Assembly: GCF_009914755.1 (NCBI RefSeq)
Contig: NC_060933.1
Strand: one strand, 5' to 3'
Source of the DNA: the human T2T-CHM13v2.0 reference genome, Homo sapiens
Length of the DNA: 64,000 nt
A model generated the notes under the pieces. That model worked only from the letters and a program-made list of their open reading frames with translations. It was not told where the DNA came from and did no database searches. The translations under genes were made by a program, and so were the position numbers. This document shows positions 1 through 11,857 of this stretch, piece after piece; positions within the stretch are counted from its first letter, which is position 1, and each line of letters begins with the position of its first letter.

Positions 1-505
1 CCCCTTGTAGTGTATGAAAAAAAGTGCATGACGGGATTTATGTACTAGTACAGGACATTTTAAAAAATCAGATCTGTGCTGTAAAGCATGCCAGCACCTC
101 TTTAGCACTATATCTAACAGGTAGTAAAAACAAGACCATGTTTTTTTCTTTTTTTAAAAATGTGCATTAATGCTAACATAAATGAATAGAGCTAGCCAGC
201 AAACTATCTTTTCCTGCATATCTAACAGCTGGATGTAACTGTAAAAATTAAACAAAAAAGTTAAACAACCATCAATACAATTGTTTTACATCAATGGCTA
301 AATATTTACAGGTGAATCTGCCATGCTTTAATTGAAGATTCTTTCAAAACCTTAAAGTTCACAAAAGACAACTATAAGAAGTTCCTTTTTGTTTCTTTTT
401 TCTTTTTTTTCCCTTTTATTTTTGCAGGCAACAGTCATGGGTACAACAAATTGTCTCTTTGGGGAAGACCAAGAATTATTCTGTCAAAACTGGGGCTAGT
501 TGCAC

Positions 506-507
<2 letters not shown>

Positions 508-542
<35 letters not shown>

Positions 543-560
543 ATGTGTGTGTGTGTGTGT
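508..560 (+). repeat. (TG)14-TATGTGCA-(TG)8 microsatellite in the 3'UTR
   Basis: Read directly. Confidence 0.97.
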
Positions 561-717
561 TTAAAGGGGTACTCTGTTTTCACCCTGAAATCAAAGATCC
601 CACTCCTTTCCCAAAACTATAAAGGGAAGTGAAAAAAATTCAAAAGCACCTAGTGTTTATCTTGTTTATCTCAAGGAAATACGTGTGTGTATATGTAGCC
701 ACAGAGCATACATAAAT

Positions 718-718
<1 letters not shown>

Positions 719-752
<34 letters not shown>
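719..752 (+). repeat. (CA)17 microsatellite in the 3'UTR
   Basis: Read directly. Confidence 0.97.
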
Positions 753-755
<3 letters not shown>

Positions 756-841
756 CAAGTACATAAGCGCACACTGACTATGGCAGTTCAAACACGTAGG
801 CCATCTGGTGAGAGCTGGCATTTGTAGTGTCCATTCTGAGA

Positions 842-1502
842 CTAATCTACTGAAGTGAAGGGAATGTTTTTGTGGAGATTAGGGTTCTGACTGTGCCGAT
901 TTCGGCTTCGTACAGAGGAAAACATCATATTGCAACCTGGGACTTTGCACTTGTGCATTTCTCTCAAATGCACAGTTTTGTAGTGCACTCTCAGGGTCCC
1001 CTTGTTGCTGTACATTTTGTGGCAAATGTTGCACATGATCCCACCATTGCTCCCAGACAAGCTGCTGAACATAAGAGATCCTGAAACTTCAGCCCCTAGG
1101 CTGCCAGGGAGGGCAGGGGCCTCGGCCTTGTGTGCCGACTCCCCACTGTCACTCGCCCCGTCAATGTCATCGAGAAGAATCCCCTCATCGCTGCCTGCGT
1201 CGGATTCTCTGGAGGAATGGATACTGCTGCTGGACTGGAGGCTGGAGGTGGTGCTCAAGTCAAGGACCATGTAGTCCTCTGCCATGCCTCTCCCATACCC
1301 GTTCAGGTGGGAGTCTTCAGTCCCTGCGGGAGAGGAGGCGTCTTCCCTGACATCGAGCCCCATGGGGTGCTGGGCACCATATATCTTCACCAAAAATTCA
1401 TCGCGGAGGTCCTTGCTAAGGGAGGGCTGCGACGAGTCCAGGCCCATGTCATCGAGTTCTTTGGTCAACAGTTTACGATGTAGGTTTATGTTGGCACTGT
1501 GT
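842..1502 (-). CDS. BNC2: Basonuclin-2 last coding exon: end of ZF4 (HSANINLH), serine-rich stretch, ZF5-ZF6, stop
   Basis: Acceptor ttttcctag|ACACAGTGCC (AG at 1504-1503); the first A completes the Arg codon AG|A from the previous exon; 661 nt = 1+220 codons to TAG. Motifs [48 protein letters not shown] and [15 protein letters not shown]. The ORF-track N-terminus (1503-1594) is intronic. Confidence 0.97.
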
Positions 1503-3116
1503 CTAGGAAAACAAGAGGGAAGGGGGGGTACGTGGATGGGGGGTGGGGAAAGGTGAGAAAAAGGAAAGCATTTTAAAATTGATTCAGCTTTCACTAGGTA
1601 TCAAATAAGCACATTCACTTCTAATTACACCATTATAAAAGCAAGCATTCCCCTATATCCTCAGGATCTGGGAGTTAGTGGTGGTGGTGAGAGGTGCAAT
1701 CAGGGGAACTTTCCATTAACATTATTTTTATAAGAGAGTTGACTCTGTCAATGGTAGGATGAATGCAAACCCGTGCACCTTTTTCTCAATGATTACTCTG
1801 TTAGTTTTACTATGTAGCAGCATCAGCTGCAGAGAATTTCATGGCAGAGATTTTAGAATATATATTAAATAGGATAAAAGAATAGAAACTTTCTGCTTGT
1901 CTAAATGGAATAGTCTAAATTTACCTAAAAACAAGAAAAAGTAAACATCTTTTCTATACAGCACACACTTTATTTTGAGGTATAGAAAAAATTCATTTTT
2001 TAAAAAAGTAGCCTAGATAATTTAGATACAACTTCAAAAAATAATGAAATCTTCCGTCTCTACCCTCCACATTTCAAGTTTTAAGGAAAAACAATAGCTT
2101 AACAGATTAAGCAATTTGAAATAGGGTTACAGACTGTCTTTTAACAACACGAATGCCTTTTCTCAGAATGATTTGGGAATCCCAGTTAAATCTAATAATA
2201 AAATACATTTACTTTTTAGAAGTATGTGCATTTTAGTGTCCAAAATATTTTCATCGAGTAGTTCTACTTTAAAATTTAATTCTTTAAGACAAAAACGGAA
2301 AAACAGAAACTTTTTAAAAAAATAAAACCCACCCACCTTTTTAAAAAAAATCACACTGAACAACAGAAAGAAAACTCAGAGGTACAAAAATTAAAACACA
2401 GTAAGTACAAAAAAATCAAGCACAACAATAACATAGGGTTCCTTTACTTTAACAACTGGAACCCATACTTCTTCGACAAGCAAAACTTTTATTCTACTCA
2501 CTCAGTGCTTTGCTTGTATGTATGTATGTATATACATACACATATACATATTTTTTTACATATATATATATATAAAGACAGGATTTGTCCCAGAGAATCC
2601 ATAGGGACATCATGATTTACAAAGCCTGATATGTTATCATCTATCTGGAAACATTGTCTTTGTATTTATATCCCCCATTATTTTTAAAGTGCCCTTGGGC
2701 ACATACCTCTCTCCACCTGCAAAGGCTCACATGTTCAACAGTACCTAAATTGAAGGTTACCCTTCCAAAAAATAAACTGACATATCTACAGATACATAAA
2801 AGCTTCTCAATACTGGTGGAAGCTCTACAGCTTGGAGAAGTAATTGTGATAAAAGAAATGACCTAAATGGCTGATATAAAGTTCAACAGACCTCCCGATT
2901 ATACTTAAAAGTATGGAAGACCAAAATGTGTCATTCCATTTGGTGACAAACGTGGGTGATATTTCCTAGAGATGGTTGAGAGGTATGTGCCTCAGAGACA
3001 AGAAAGGTGGGGAAGACTTCTCCACCTTTCCACACAAGACAATATACAGCACTCTGGGTTTTAAGGGGCAGAGGGCAGCAGCCCTCTCCAACTGCACTTA
3101 GGAAGGCTGAGCTTAC

Positions 3117-3150
3117 CTTGTGACAATAAGATCAGCTTTCTAATCTTTTG
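3117..3150 (-). CDS. BNC2: Candidate 34-nt alternative micro-exon giving ...RD-SKRLES*
   Basis: Long CT-rich polypyrimidine tract (plus-strand GA run about 3163-3222), acceptor tttag|CAAAAG, consensus donor CAAG|GTAAGC; TGA at 3134-3132. Confidence 0.55.
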
Positions 3151-3177
3151 CTAAATCGATCACAAAAGAAAGCAAGA

Positions 3178-3222
3178 ATAAGAGACAGAGAGAGAGAAAG
3201 AAAGAGAAAGAGAGAGAGAGAA
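3178..3222 (+). repeat. GA/GAAA low-complexity purine tract
   Basis: agagacagagagagagaaagaaagagaaagagagagagag. Confidence 0.9.
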
Positions 3223-6200
3223 AACAAATTCACATTCTAGACATCTGGTTTTGAAAAACTTAAACAATAAAATAGGGATTTAAAACGTTCTGATCACAAA
3301 ATTATTTTCTGTCATAAGCGATCATCCCATACGCTGTCTTGATGATTTTCAGATCAGCTGTATAATCCAAAAATCATAAATCGAATTAACACAAACCAAA
3401 TTCACAGCATCATCATCCACAAATGAGTTCTAAACAGATGCATGCAGTGTGTGGGTATGTGAATGATAAACAGAAGTTGTCCCCACGGTCCCTGCTCTGA
3501 CACAGTAATTCCCCGTTTCCTTGGTGTCAGATGGCAGATGACTCCAAGTGCAGGTTGCTAAGCAAAGTGCAGGAAATGCCTACTGTGAGGTCTTTACTCT
3601 GACATGTGGGTACAACACCACCAGTTATTACAAGAATGTGGAAGTAGAGTTACGCTATGCGCTATTATTCTATTGATAAAACTATCTGCCAACTATGAGC
3701 AGCTCATGAAATCCTACCCCTGTTTATTATTTTTAACACCCTCCCCCTTTCTTAATTTCACGAGCACACATTTTGCGATGACTGTAATCTAGAACTCTGT
3801 TGCTTCTCACACATCTGCAGTTACCACTTCCTAGGTTCACTGCTGAGAAAACAGCAGCCAGACACACAGCAGTTGCATCAAGACACACTGAATAAGGAAG
3901 AATAAATTAACATTGAGAAAAGGACACACTGATCACCCAGATGGACACATCTTCCCTAAGATGACTTGTGAAATTACACATCTCCACCAATATGTTACCA
4001 GAAAGAGATTTTCTCTTCATTTCTCACTTACAGCAGTAGAAATCTGTAATCTAATTAGACGATGTACCAGCCCTCAATATCTGTCAACCAAACGATGTGC
4101 AGAAATGTGTAGACCAGCTCTGGCACTCTGTTCAACAGTGTCCCTTTTCCGCTGTCAGCAGTACTGTTGGCCTCTGCTAATATAATTACATTGACTTTTA
4201 TTCAATTAAGTGCCATCCCTCACTTTAAAAAAAACAGCTACTTTATCAATTGATTCAGGTGTAATGCAATAATAAAGATGAACTCATGGCAGTGCATTAG
4301 CTCTGCTCTTCATAACTTCAGTACACGGGTTCATTCATGGTAGTCGATTTCCATTATGCAACCACAGTTCAAGAGAATTGATTCTTTTACGTTCAATTCC
4401 TAATCTATTTCATTTTTGTTTAATAATCCTCCTAAATGCCATATGCAAAACACTTGAAGTGGAGATGGGAAGGATGGACTGAGGAAAGTCTGCTGTTCAC
4501 TCTCATGATAGTGGGCTTGAAGATTTTCTCACAAACTCACACAGTATTCCTAAGGTGGAAGGAAGGAAAGCACGAGAAGGAAAGCAGACTAAAATTCTTT
4601 AGAGGGTACCGATCCTACCCAAGAGGTTACGGTTCAGTCTCCAAAGAAGGGACAAAAGACAGCACTTGATTTTAACAAAGACCTATTGTTGGACTCTTGA
4701 ATCAGTCAATCCAGACCATTAGCTGTCATAAAATACTGTCCTCATGAGACACAAAGACCTAGGGTTAATAGCAATTTGAGGACTATTACAAGTTTATCCG
4801 GATCAGCAAAACTGAAGAGGTGAAAAGAGAAGTTGGGAGAGACACAGAAAGAACTCTCACCTACTGATAATCAGATGTCGAGAGAAGACCCTAAAATGGC
4901 AGGAAGGCCAGAGAGTGCTGGAAACAGGAGGGGGACTCCCTGGCAGAGGAAGCCCTACTCAGTTGTATGTAACAATTGGAACAAAGAATCCAACAAGGAA
5001 CCAATTTTGAGCTCTCCAGCGACAGAGATGGTTTTTCTAGAAACAGATTTAGTGTTCTGAATATTTATCTCTAGGAAAGAGGGAAGAATACTCAATAACA
5101 AATATCTAAGACTGTATTAGAACTTCTTACATTCTATAAGAACATGAACAGTAGAAAGGTTGTTTCTACTTGCTTTGATTTGGAAGGCAAGAAAGATATA
5201 TGGAAGGAAGTTCCTCTTACAGAAAAAAAGTGACTGGAATGCAGAGAGAAAATGAGTTCATAGGTATAAGGGGTAAGGACTTGGTCTTAAGAAGTGCAGT
5301 GGTAATCATTAAGGCAGTGGTCCAAACCTTAGCCCCAGACGTTCACTTTCAAGAACATAACTAAATCTTACTCAATCTTATGTGTCCTGCACGTAAAGTA
5401 GAATACTTTGCACAGAGGAGGTACTTAAAAGTACATTGGTTTCCCTTCCATCAATAATATGCATGAGTCTTCAAAAAGTATTTCCCAAAATACACTGTAG
5501 AAGGGAAGAAAGCAATGATCCCAAGGTAGGACTCATGTAACAGAATATCCAAGGAAAGGTGGTGGCGACAAAACAAACGGTGATCCTGACGCTATTAATA
5601 CCATAGTATGTTATAAGGGAATGCCACAAAATTAGGGCTTGAAAAAGCCCTGTAACTTGGGCTATGCTTGGAACTACAAATGCTTCCTTTAAACCTCTGT
5701 ACTCTTTCTATACTGTGAATCTACCAAAAGCTTGTTAAAGACCAATATCACCCTTAAAAGCAAAAAGTTACAAAACCTTGGACTGAGGGGAGGGTGCTGC
5801 AGAACCAAACTTCCTTCTTCTTTGAAATGCTGAGTGGAAGTACTCTAACTGGACTAAAGTGGACTACCAGTCTTTTTCTGTTCCTTTGATGAAAACTTTA
5901 CCATGCAACCACAGAAGACATGAAATCCATCAAACGTAGTCAAGTAAGTGCAAATGCCCTTTAGAGAGAAAGCAAGTCTTGCCTTGGACTTCTCTTTTCT
6001 CATCACATTAAGTTAGATTTAATGTGATGTCTGGCCCATAAAACTAAAAACAAAAACACTATCTAAAGAAAGTGTTTTGAGGTTTTAAACTTGGCTTTAA
6101 GATATCGGGGAGACACGAAAAAGAAAAAAAAAAAAAACAAGTTGCATGACCAAATTAGAAAGTAAGACTGTGGCAGTCAGAGACTGAATAATGAACCAAG

Positions 6201-8155
6201 CTATAGGTTGCATGAAGTGTCTTAATTCTTAATCAGATTTGAGACATTCTGAACTTGGTGAATTGAAACAAAATACTTAATAATTAATTAGAATGCCTCA
6301 AGGGAAAAATAACTGAGGCCCCACTTTGGATTAGTTTTTGCCTTTATTTTCCAGCTCAACTCTGCCGTTCAACACACACATTCACAAATTCTCAAATGAT
6401 ATTGTACAGAATGATCATAACAACATATACATAGCGTAACAATAACATATACATACCATATGCATGCCTATTTGTCTGTATGTATGTGTGTACATATATG
6501 TATATGGGGAGAATGGGAGAGAGAGAGATAAATTTATATCCAATCTGGGTAAGTCTAGATGCTAGGGTTAAGTACATTGTAGGACTACTGAGTCAACAAT
6601 ACTTTTGAGTAGAAATGTAAACCTGCTATCAAAATCCACAGAAATGAAAAATTAAAACTTCTGCCTTCATTAGTCCTTTTCTTATCTGGATTGCTACAAC
6701 ACTATCTATTACACTTACCTCAACATTTTTGTATTATCATTTATTAACGATAGGATGCTTATGGCTCTGTGCACAAAATGATACTTTTGACACTATACCT
6801 TTCTGTAAAATTAGTAGTTGTTCTACAGGTTATTATTTAAAGACTCTGTCCAAAAGATCTGAAAACCATCCCCTAGCTCAGGAAGAAAATTCAATGTGAA
6901 ATTCTAGTGGGTAACACTCAAAAAGCCCCAAATGTAAGGAAGTACATATTAAATGCAAGAAACAAAATCTAAGCAAATTCTTGCAAATTAAAAGTATGAA
7001 ACTCAGTCATTTCAACCCCTTTCAATATAAAACAAATCATCCATACTAGTCACGCAGACAGTTTCCTCTACATTCAAATTATTCACTTGAAGATAAGCTC
7101 CTACCAAACTCTTTAGGGGTTTAGCTAATTTACTGCACAGATACGGCACGTCTGTTGTAATAACAGGTAGGATGTATTGGGGTCGACCATTTATCAGAAT
7201 TAGACTTCTTTTCTCAATTCACAGTGAATTATGCTGCCTACACGACTCCCCTCTCTCAGAGCCTGCCATCCCCGTATGGCCCCTAATGTGGCAGGCAGAC
7301 AAAATTGACAGTCTCATCTTGTCAACAAGGGGCGATTCTCCTGAGAAGCCATTTAACTTTGCAGGGGAAGCAATGTATTAATGTGCTTGTCCCAGGAATG
7401 TTAATCATCTTCAAGCTTCCGATCTAACTTTGACGTGAACGAAATCACCAAATTTGTTTACTAAATGAATCGTAATATGCTAATAAGAAAGCATGACATA
7501 TATGGAAAAGCCAAACAGATGGTTTGTTTACTCCACTTTGCAACTTTATAAATGTTGTAACTCTGAAGACGTTAGTGAGAATTATTGGTTTGTTGGCAGA
7601 GGCAAACATGTCTTTCGCATACTAAATCTGGCCCTACAGTTAGAAAACAATTTGTCATTGCTGTGGAATGCATAAAAAATGTTAATGTAGTGATGGCATT
7701 TGGGAAGGCAGATTGGTAGATGGAAAATGTGTAGCTGGATGCACAGGTTAAGTGTAGAATTGATATCCAGCAGCCCCATTCCCTAACCATTTTACTTTTG
7801 AGTTGTATCTGAGACATCGAGGCTTCTCAAGGGTGCTGATTATTCAATAGGTACCTGTTGCGCTGTAATGTGAGATGAGTGTTACACTGTGAACAGGATT
7901 ATGTTTTCACAGCATTTGGAAGTGTTCTCAATCAAGCAGCTCATATGGTGCTCAGTTTACTACTATTGTTGGGTAAGAAAAAGCAAAGCCATGAGCCCTG
8001 GCATCTTTTAAGGACTTACTGAGAATAAATCTGAGCTTTGAGTTTTATATTTACACTGGACAAATTAACCCTCAAGCTTTCCATTCCTTGTTTTATATAG
8101 CCTTACTTTATAAAGATTTTAGAAGATATATTTCCAAAATAATAGGAGCTAATTT

Positions 8156-8322
8156 TTACAGGCATGTGCCACCATGCCCAGCTTTTTTTTTTTTTTTTTG
8201 TCAGTATAGATGGGTTTTTGCTATGTTGGCCAGGCTGGTCTTGAACTCCTGGCCTCCAGCAATCTGCCTGCCTCAGCCTCCCAAAGTGCTGGAATTACAG
8301 GTGTGAGCCACCACACCCAGCC
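8156..8322 (-). mobile_element. Partial Alu (left arm plus linker)
   Basis: Reverse complement of the Alu 5' half: ccaggctggtcttgaactcctgg...ccaaagtgctggaattacaggtgtgagccacc. Confidence 0.9.
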
Positions 8323-11300
8323 TAAAATGGTTAATTTATGATCTTCTTAAAAGGTAACAGTCAGGATGCATGAGTTCCCCAAGGGAGGTGACACTATTTT
8401 GTAGGACAATCAATATTAGTATTTAGCTATGGCTTTATCTAGAATTCTGTGTTGAAAATGAAACTAATAAAGACACCTGAACAAAAAGAGTGAGCATAAT
8501 CTAATTTACAACTTTGATTAAATGTCAAAACTACCAGCCAAAACATGAAAACTTCATTTAACCAACCAGCAATGCATGCATGCTACTAAATGTTTTAATA
8601 TTTAGAAACGGATGATTTTTGTGAAGTTCTTTTTACTTTTTATTTGCACAGGCAGAGTCTGAAATGCAGGATTTTGTATTAAAGAAGTACTTATTCCCTC
8701 TGATGTTATTAACCACTCCCAACATCCCAGTCATACAGATACATGTTGAGACTACCACTAATCTTGTGGGATTTCCTGGTGTATCACCATATAGCACTGA
8801 ACTTTTTACCCGAGAAATGAGAGAGCAAAGTGATCTAAAGAAACCACTGAGTTCATCTTGCTGCCCAAGGATCACTTTGAAGCAAGAAGCATTAGCAACT
8901 GTTCCAGCCTGGTGCTTATATCTCATTTGAAACATCTCATTCCTGACCAACAAAGAAAATTTCAATAAAGTACTTTTACTGATTTAACAACAGTGAGCCC
9001 TTGGGATTGTCAAAGTGCTAAGCCTTTTCCAAGGAGAGAAGAAATCAGCAGCTCAAATATAATTAACCTTCCATTCTCAATGCAAACTGCCACGCATAGG
9101 AGCTCTGCAGTCTATTAGTGAAGTTATAATGGCCAACAGGCAGAAGCAAAATTGGTCAAAAAGTTGGCTGCTGCTGTCATATTTTTGGAATTATGATTAA
9201 TGGCACTAATAATGTGGATGATTACTGATATGTGTGTCTCCAGCAGTTTATCATATTGCTTTGGCTGCCTACGTCCACAATAAACAGGATACTATCATTT
9301 ACCTCTTTATTGAAGGCAATCCTTCTCTTGAAGGAGCATATTCTAATTACTTCGTAATGTTTTATGTCTTAAACATTTTGCAGCTCTGGACCTTGCCAAC
9401 TGCTTCGTGTCTACCATTGATTAATTACTGAATGTTTAATCAAAATTTAGAAACTAATGTAGTCATTTATGAGCACATTGCAGTGCCAAAGTAGTTAGGC
9501 TTTGCTCCCAAGTTTGGAGAGTGTTGGGTTCAAAATCAAATCCCAGTCACGCATGAGGATCCAAGAATTTCACCTTGGGTGCTCTGAGGTTGCCAATTCC
9601 ATCTCTGCTGATGAATGGAAGGTAATCTAACTACAGGGTAAACAGCATCTTTACCTACCCTCTCTTCACTGGATTTCCCTTTCCTCTTTCCTCAGTTCCC
9701 TAATCAACCGAGCACCACTGTCAGCTGTTGCTGAGAACAAGAAAGTCCTCGTGAACACCCGTCATGAGAATATAGTTTTGAAGTGGTTAAACAAGTGAAA
9801 AATAATTTGCTGGGACAAATACATAAGTTTTTTTTAATGTGGATTTTTTATGGTACTGTCATACAACCATTCACCATTGAAGTTAAGTGTTTTTTTAATA
9901 CCATTACTGAACTGCTGAAATGGATGCTAATATAGCTTGGAGTGCTAATGTCAAGTCCTGGTAATAAAAAAGACAGACTGCTGAATGAAATAATTTCAAG
10001 TAAAAAATAGAACAAAAGTGCTCTCTCTCTTGCTCTCCACTTTTATTGAATTGGGACTGACTGAGCCAATTGCTTTAGAAGTCTGTAAAACACAATTACG
10101 AGTGAGCGAACTGACCCACCAGTGCCCCCTCAGTGACAGAGCAGACTAAAAAGGCAGCAGAGTTAGAGCGGCTCCCCTCCACTGCCCATCAGACCTACAG
10201 GGCTTCCAGCTGCAGGTCTGTGGTTCTTGGTGCCCAAATGGGTCTTGTTTTACTTACGAAATCTTATTTCCCATCAATGTGATAAAGTTACTTCATACAT
10301 CACTTTCCGAGATGTAGATGTCTATTCTGGCAATTAAGAATGATCTGTCTTTTGATATTCTTATTTATGTGGATGTTTATGTGTAAACACACATATACAT
10401 TACGTGGATGAATTTAGATTAGAACATTAGCACAATTTTTGAGTGGCTGGTAATAATTCAGATTGATATATGCAATAGCAATACTGAGGCATCGCTTACA
10501 TATATTCTGTTAGAAACACTTGTCTTTTTTTTTCTTTCCTAAGGTAAAGTCAAAATTAGAGCAAGCAACAAAAAGAATTAAACTAGAAGTGGGTAACATT
10601 TTTCCCCCTAGTTAATAAAAGAAGTAATAAACTCTATAAAGTACTAGAGTTAGGATCACTAACACTTTAGGCGTAACAGCTTTTTACCAGGAATTTACAA
10701 CTCCTGTTTTAATTCAAGCAGCTTGCATTAGGACATAAAATCTAGGTATATTTTAAAAGTGTAGTTTTATGTGAAATAACTGAAGAAAAATTGTCCTTTC
10801 CTAAAAAGTATTCTTTCTTCCTCGGTCTTAGCTTGCCTGCCTCTCCCTCATACACATATCTTGGCACTCAAGAATCAAAGTTACCAAATCCCTCTTTTAT
10901 GACATTGCAATTTTTTGGCAAGGACAAGCTTCTTTCCAATTCTGCCACATTCATTTATTTGAAGCTTGTGGGAGTCTTATGGCAAGCACATTATTTCTGA
11001 GAAGGCTTTAAAAAAAGAAAAAAAATGCTTCATGGCTAAACCTTCACTATGGCATTTAGGCAAAGAAGGTATCCCTTCCTCTTAGTACAACCACGAATGA
11101 TCACTTACAGCAAAAGAGTTGATAGCAGCCTTTCATCTAAGACAAAACGGAACTTACCTGAGTTATACAAGTGAATGTTAACGTACATGTACAGTCTTAC
11201 CACCCTCTTCTGGGTAGAAACCAGCCCATGTTTTTTAAAAAGAAAAGATGGGCTACAAAAATGAGCATCTCAAATAAATGGTTAAATATAAGAAAGATTC

Positions 11301-11784
11301 ACACCAATAAAGTCTGTGAGAAGGTCAGATAGATTCTGAGGGAGGTGGAAATCAGGAAGACCCTTTCAAAGTGGTCTCTTCATGAAAAATACCACCGGTG
11401 CACTCAGTATGTGCATTCTGCTCAGATATTTTGGCCTGAATTTTCAAGATAATGCTGGCAAGAACAGTAGATTGTTCCTTTATAAGGAAGGTAAAAATAA
11501 GAGTTATATAGAAGCATTGTATTTGTGCAACAGAGGTTATAATGCCACAAGAGACTTAATGTTAACTCTCATCAATAGAAATTTGTAAAAATCTCTTTGC
11601 ATCATGAAAAGGAAATCATTCGTCAGCCATGAAGCTTTGTGGTCTATTTGGTGCACAGTTCTGAAGACGGTGGAAATGAGTGGTGCAGTTCTTGTAGTGG
11701 AGGAGTGAAAGGTCAGCAGAGGCTTAAACGAGCTTGTCTTGCATCCAGCTGGGCCAGCAGGAGGTCATTAGGAAGATCCGAGGC

Positions 11785-11857
11785 TCACTTTAGGCTTGAC
11801 AGAGTCTCTCCCCATGATACAAGGAGACCGTTTTGCTCATTGCTCTTCTCCCAGTAT
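11785..11857 (-). CDS. BNC2: Candidate alternative exon encoding R-YWEKSNEQNGLLVSWGETLSSLK*
   Basis: Acceptor ggttctttttag|ATACTGG, first A completes AG|A Arg; TGA at 11787-11785; downstream consensus donor CAG|GTAAGT at 11158/11157. The peptide resembles a short BNC2 isoform C-terminus I recall (unverified). Confidence 0.6.

Larger units (their letters stand above)
1..841 (-). other. BNC2: Proximal part of the BNC2 3'UTR (continues beyond window start)
   Basis: Lies directly downstream (minus strand) of the TAG stop at 842-844; AT-rich, no interspersed repeats, two dinucleotide repeats. Confidence 0.9.

Noticed and set aside
385-420. Minus-strand AATAAA (420-415) as a proximal poly(A) site
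   Set aside because: It is followed in the mRNA by a genomic A-rich run and no GU/U-rich element, so any 3'-end signal would be confounded by internal oligo-dT priming; cannot be supported.
872-1556. Several plus-strand ORFs overlapping the last exon (and 17306-19198 over the big exon)
   Set aside because: Antisense shadows of GC-richer coding sequence; no recognisable domains.
1503-1594. N-terminal 30 aa of the 250-aa ORF ([12 protein letters not shown]...)
   Set aside because: Intronic polypyrimidine tract with a non-ATG (GTG) start; true coding begins at the acceptor at 1502.
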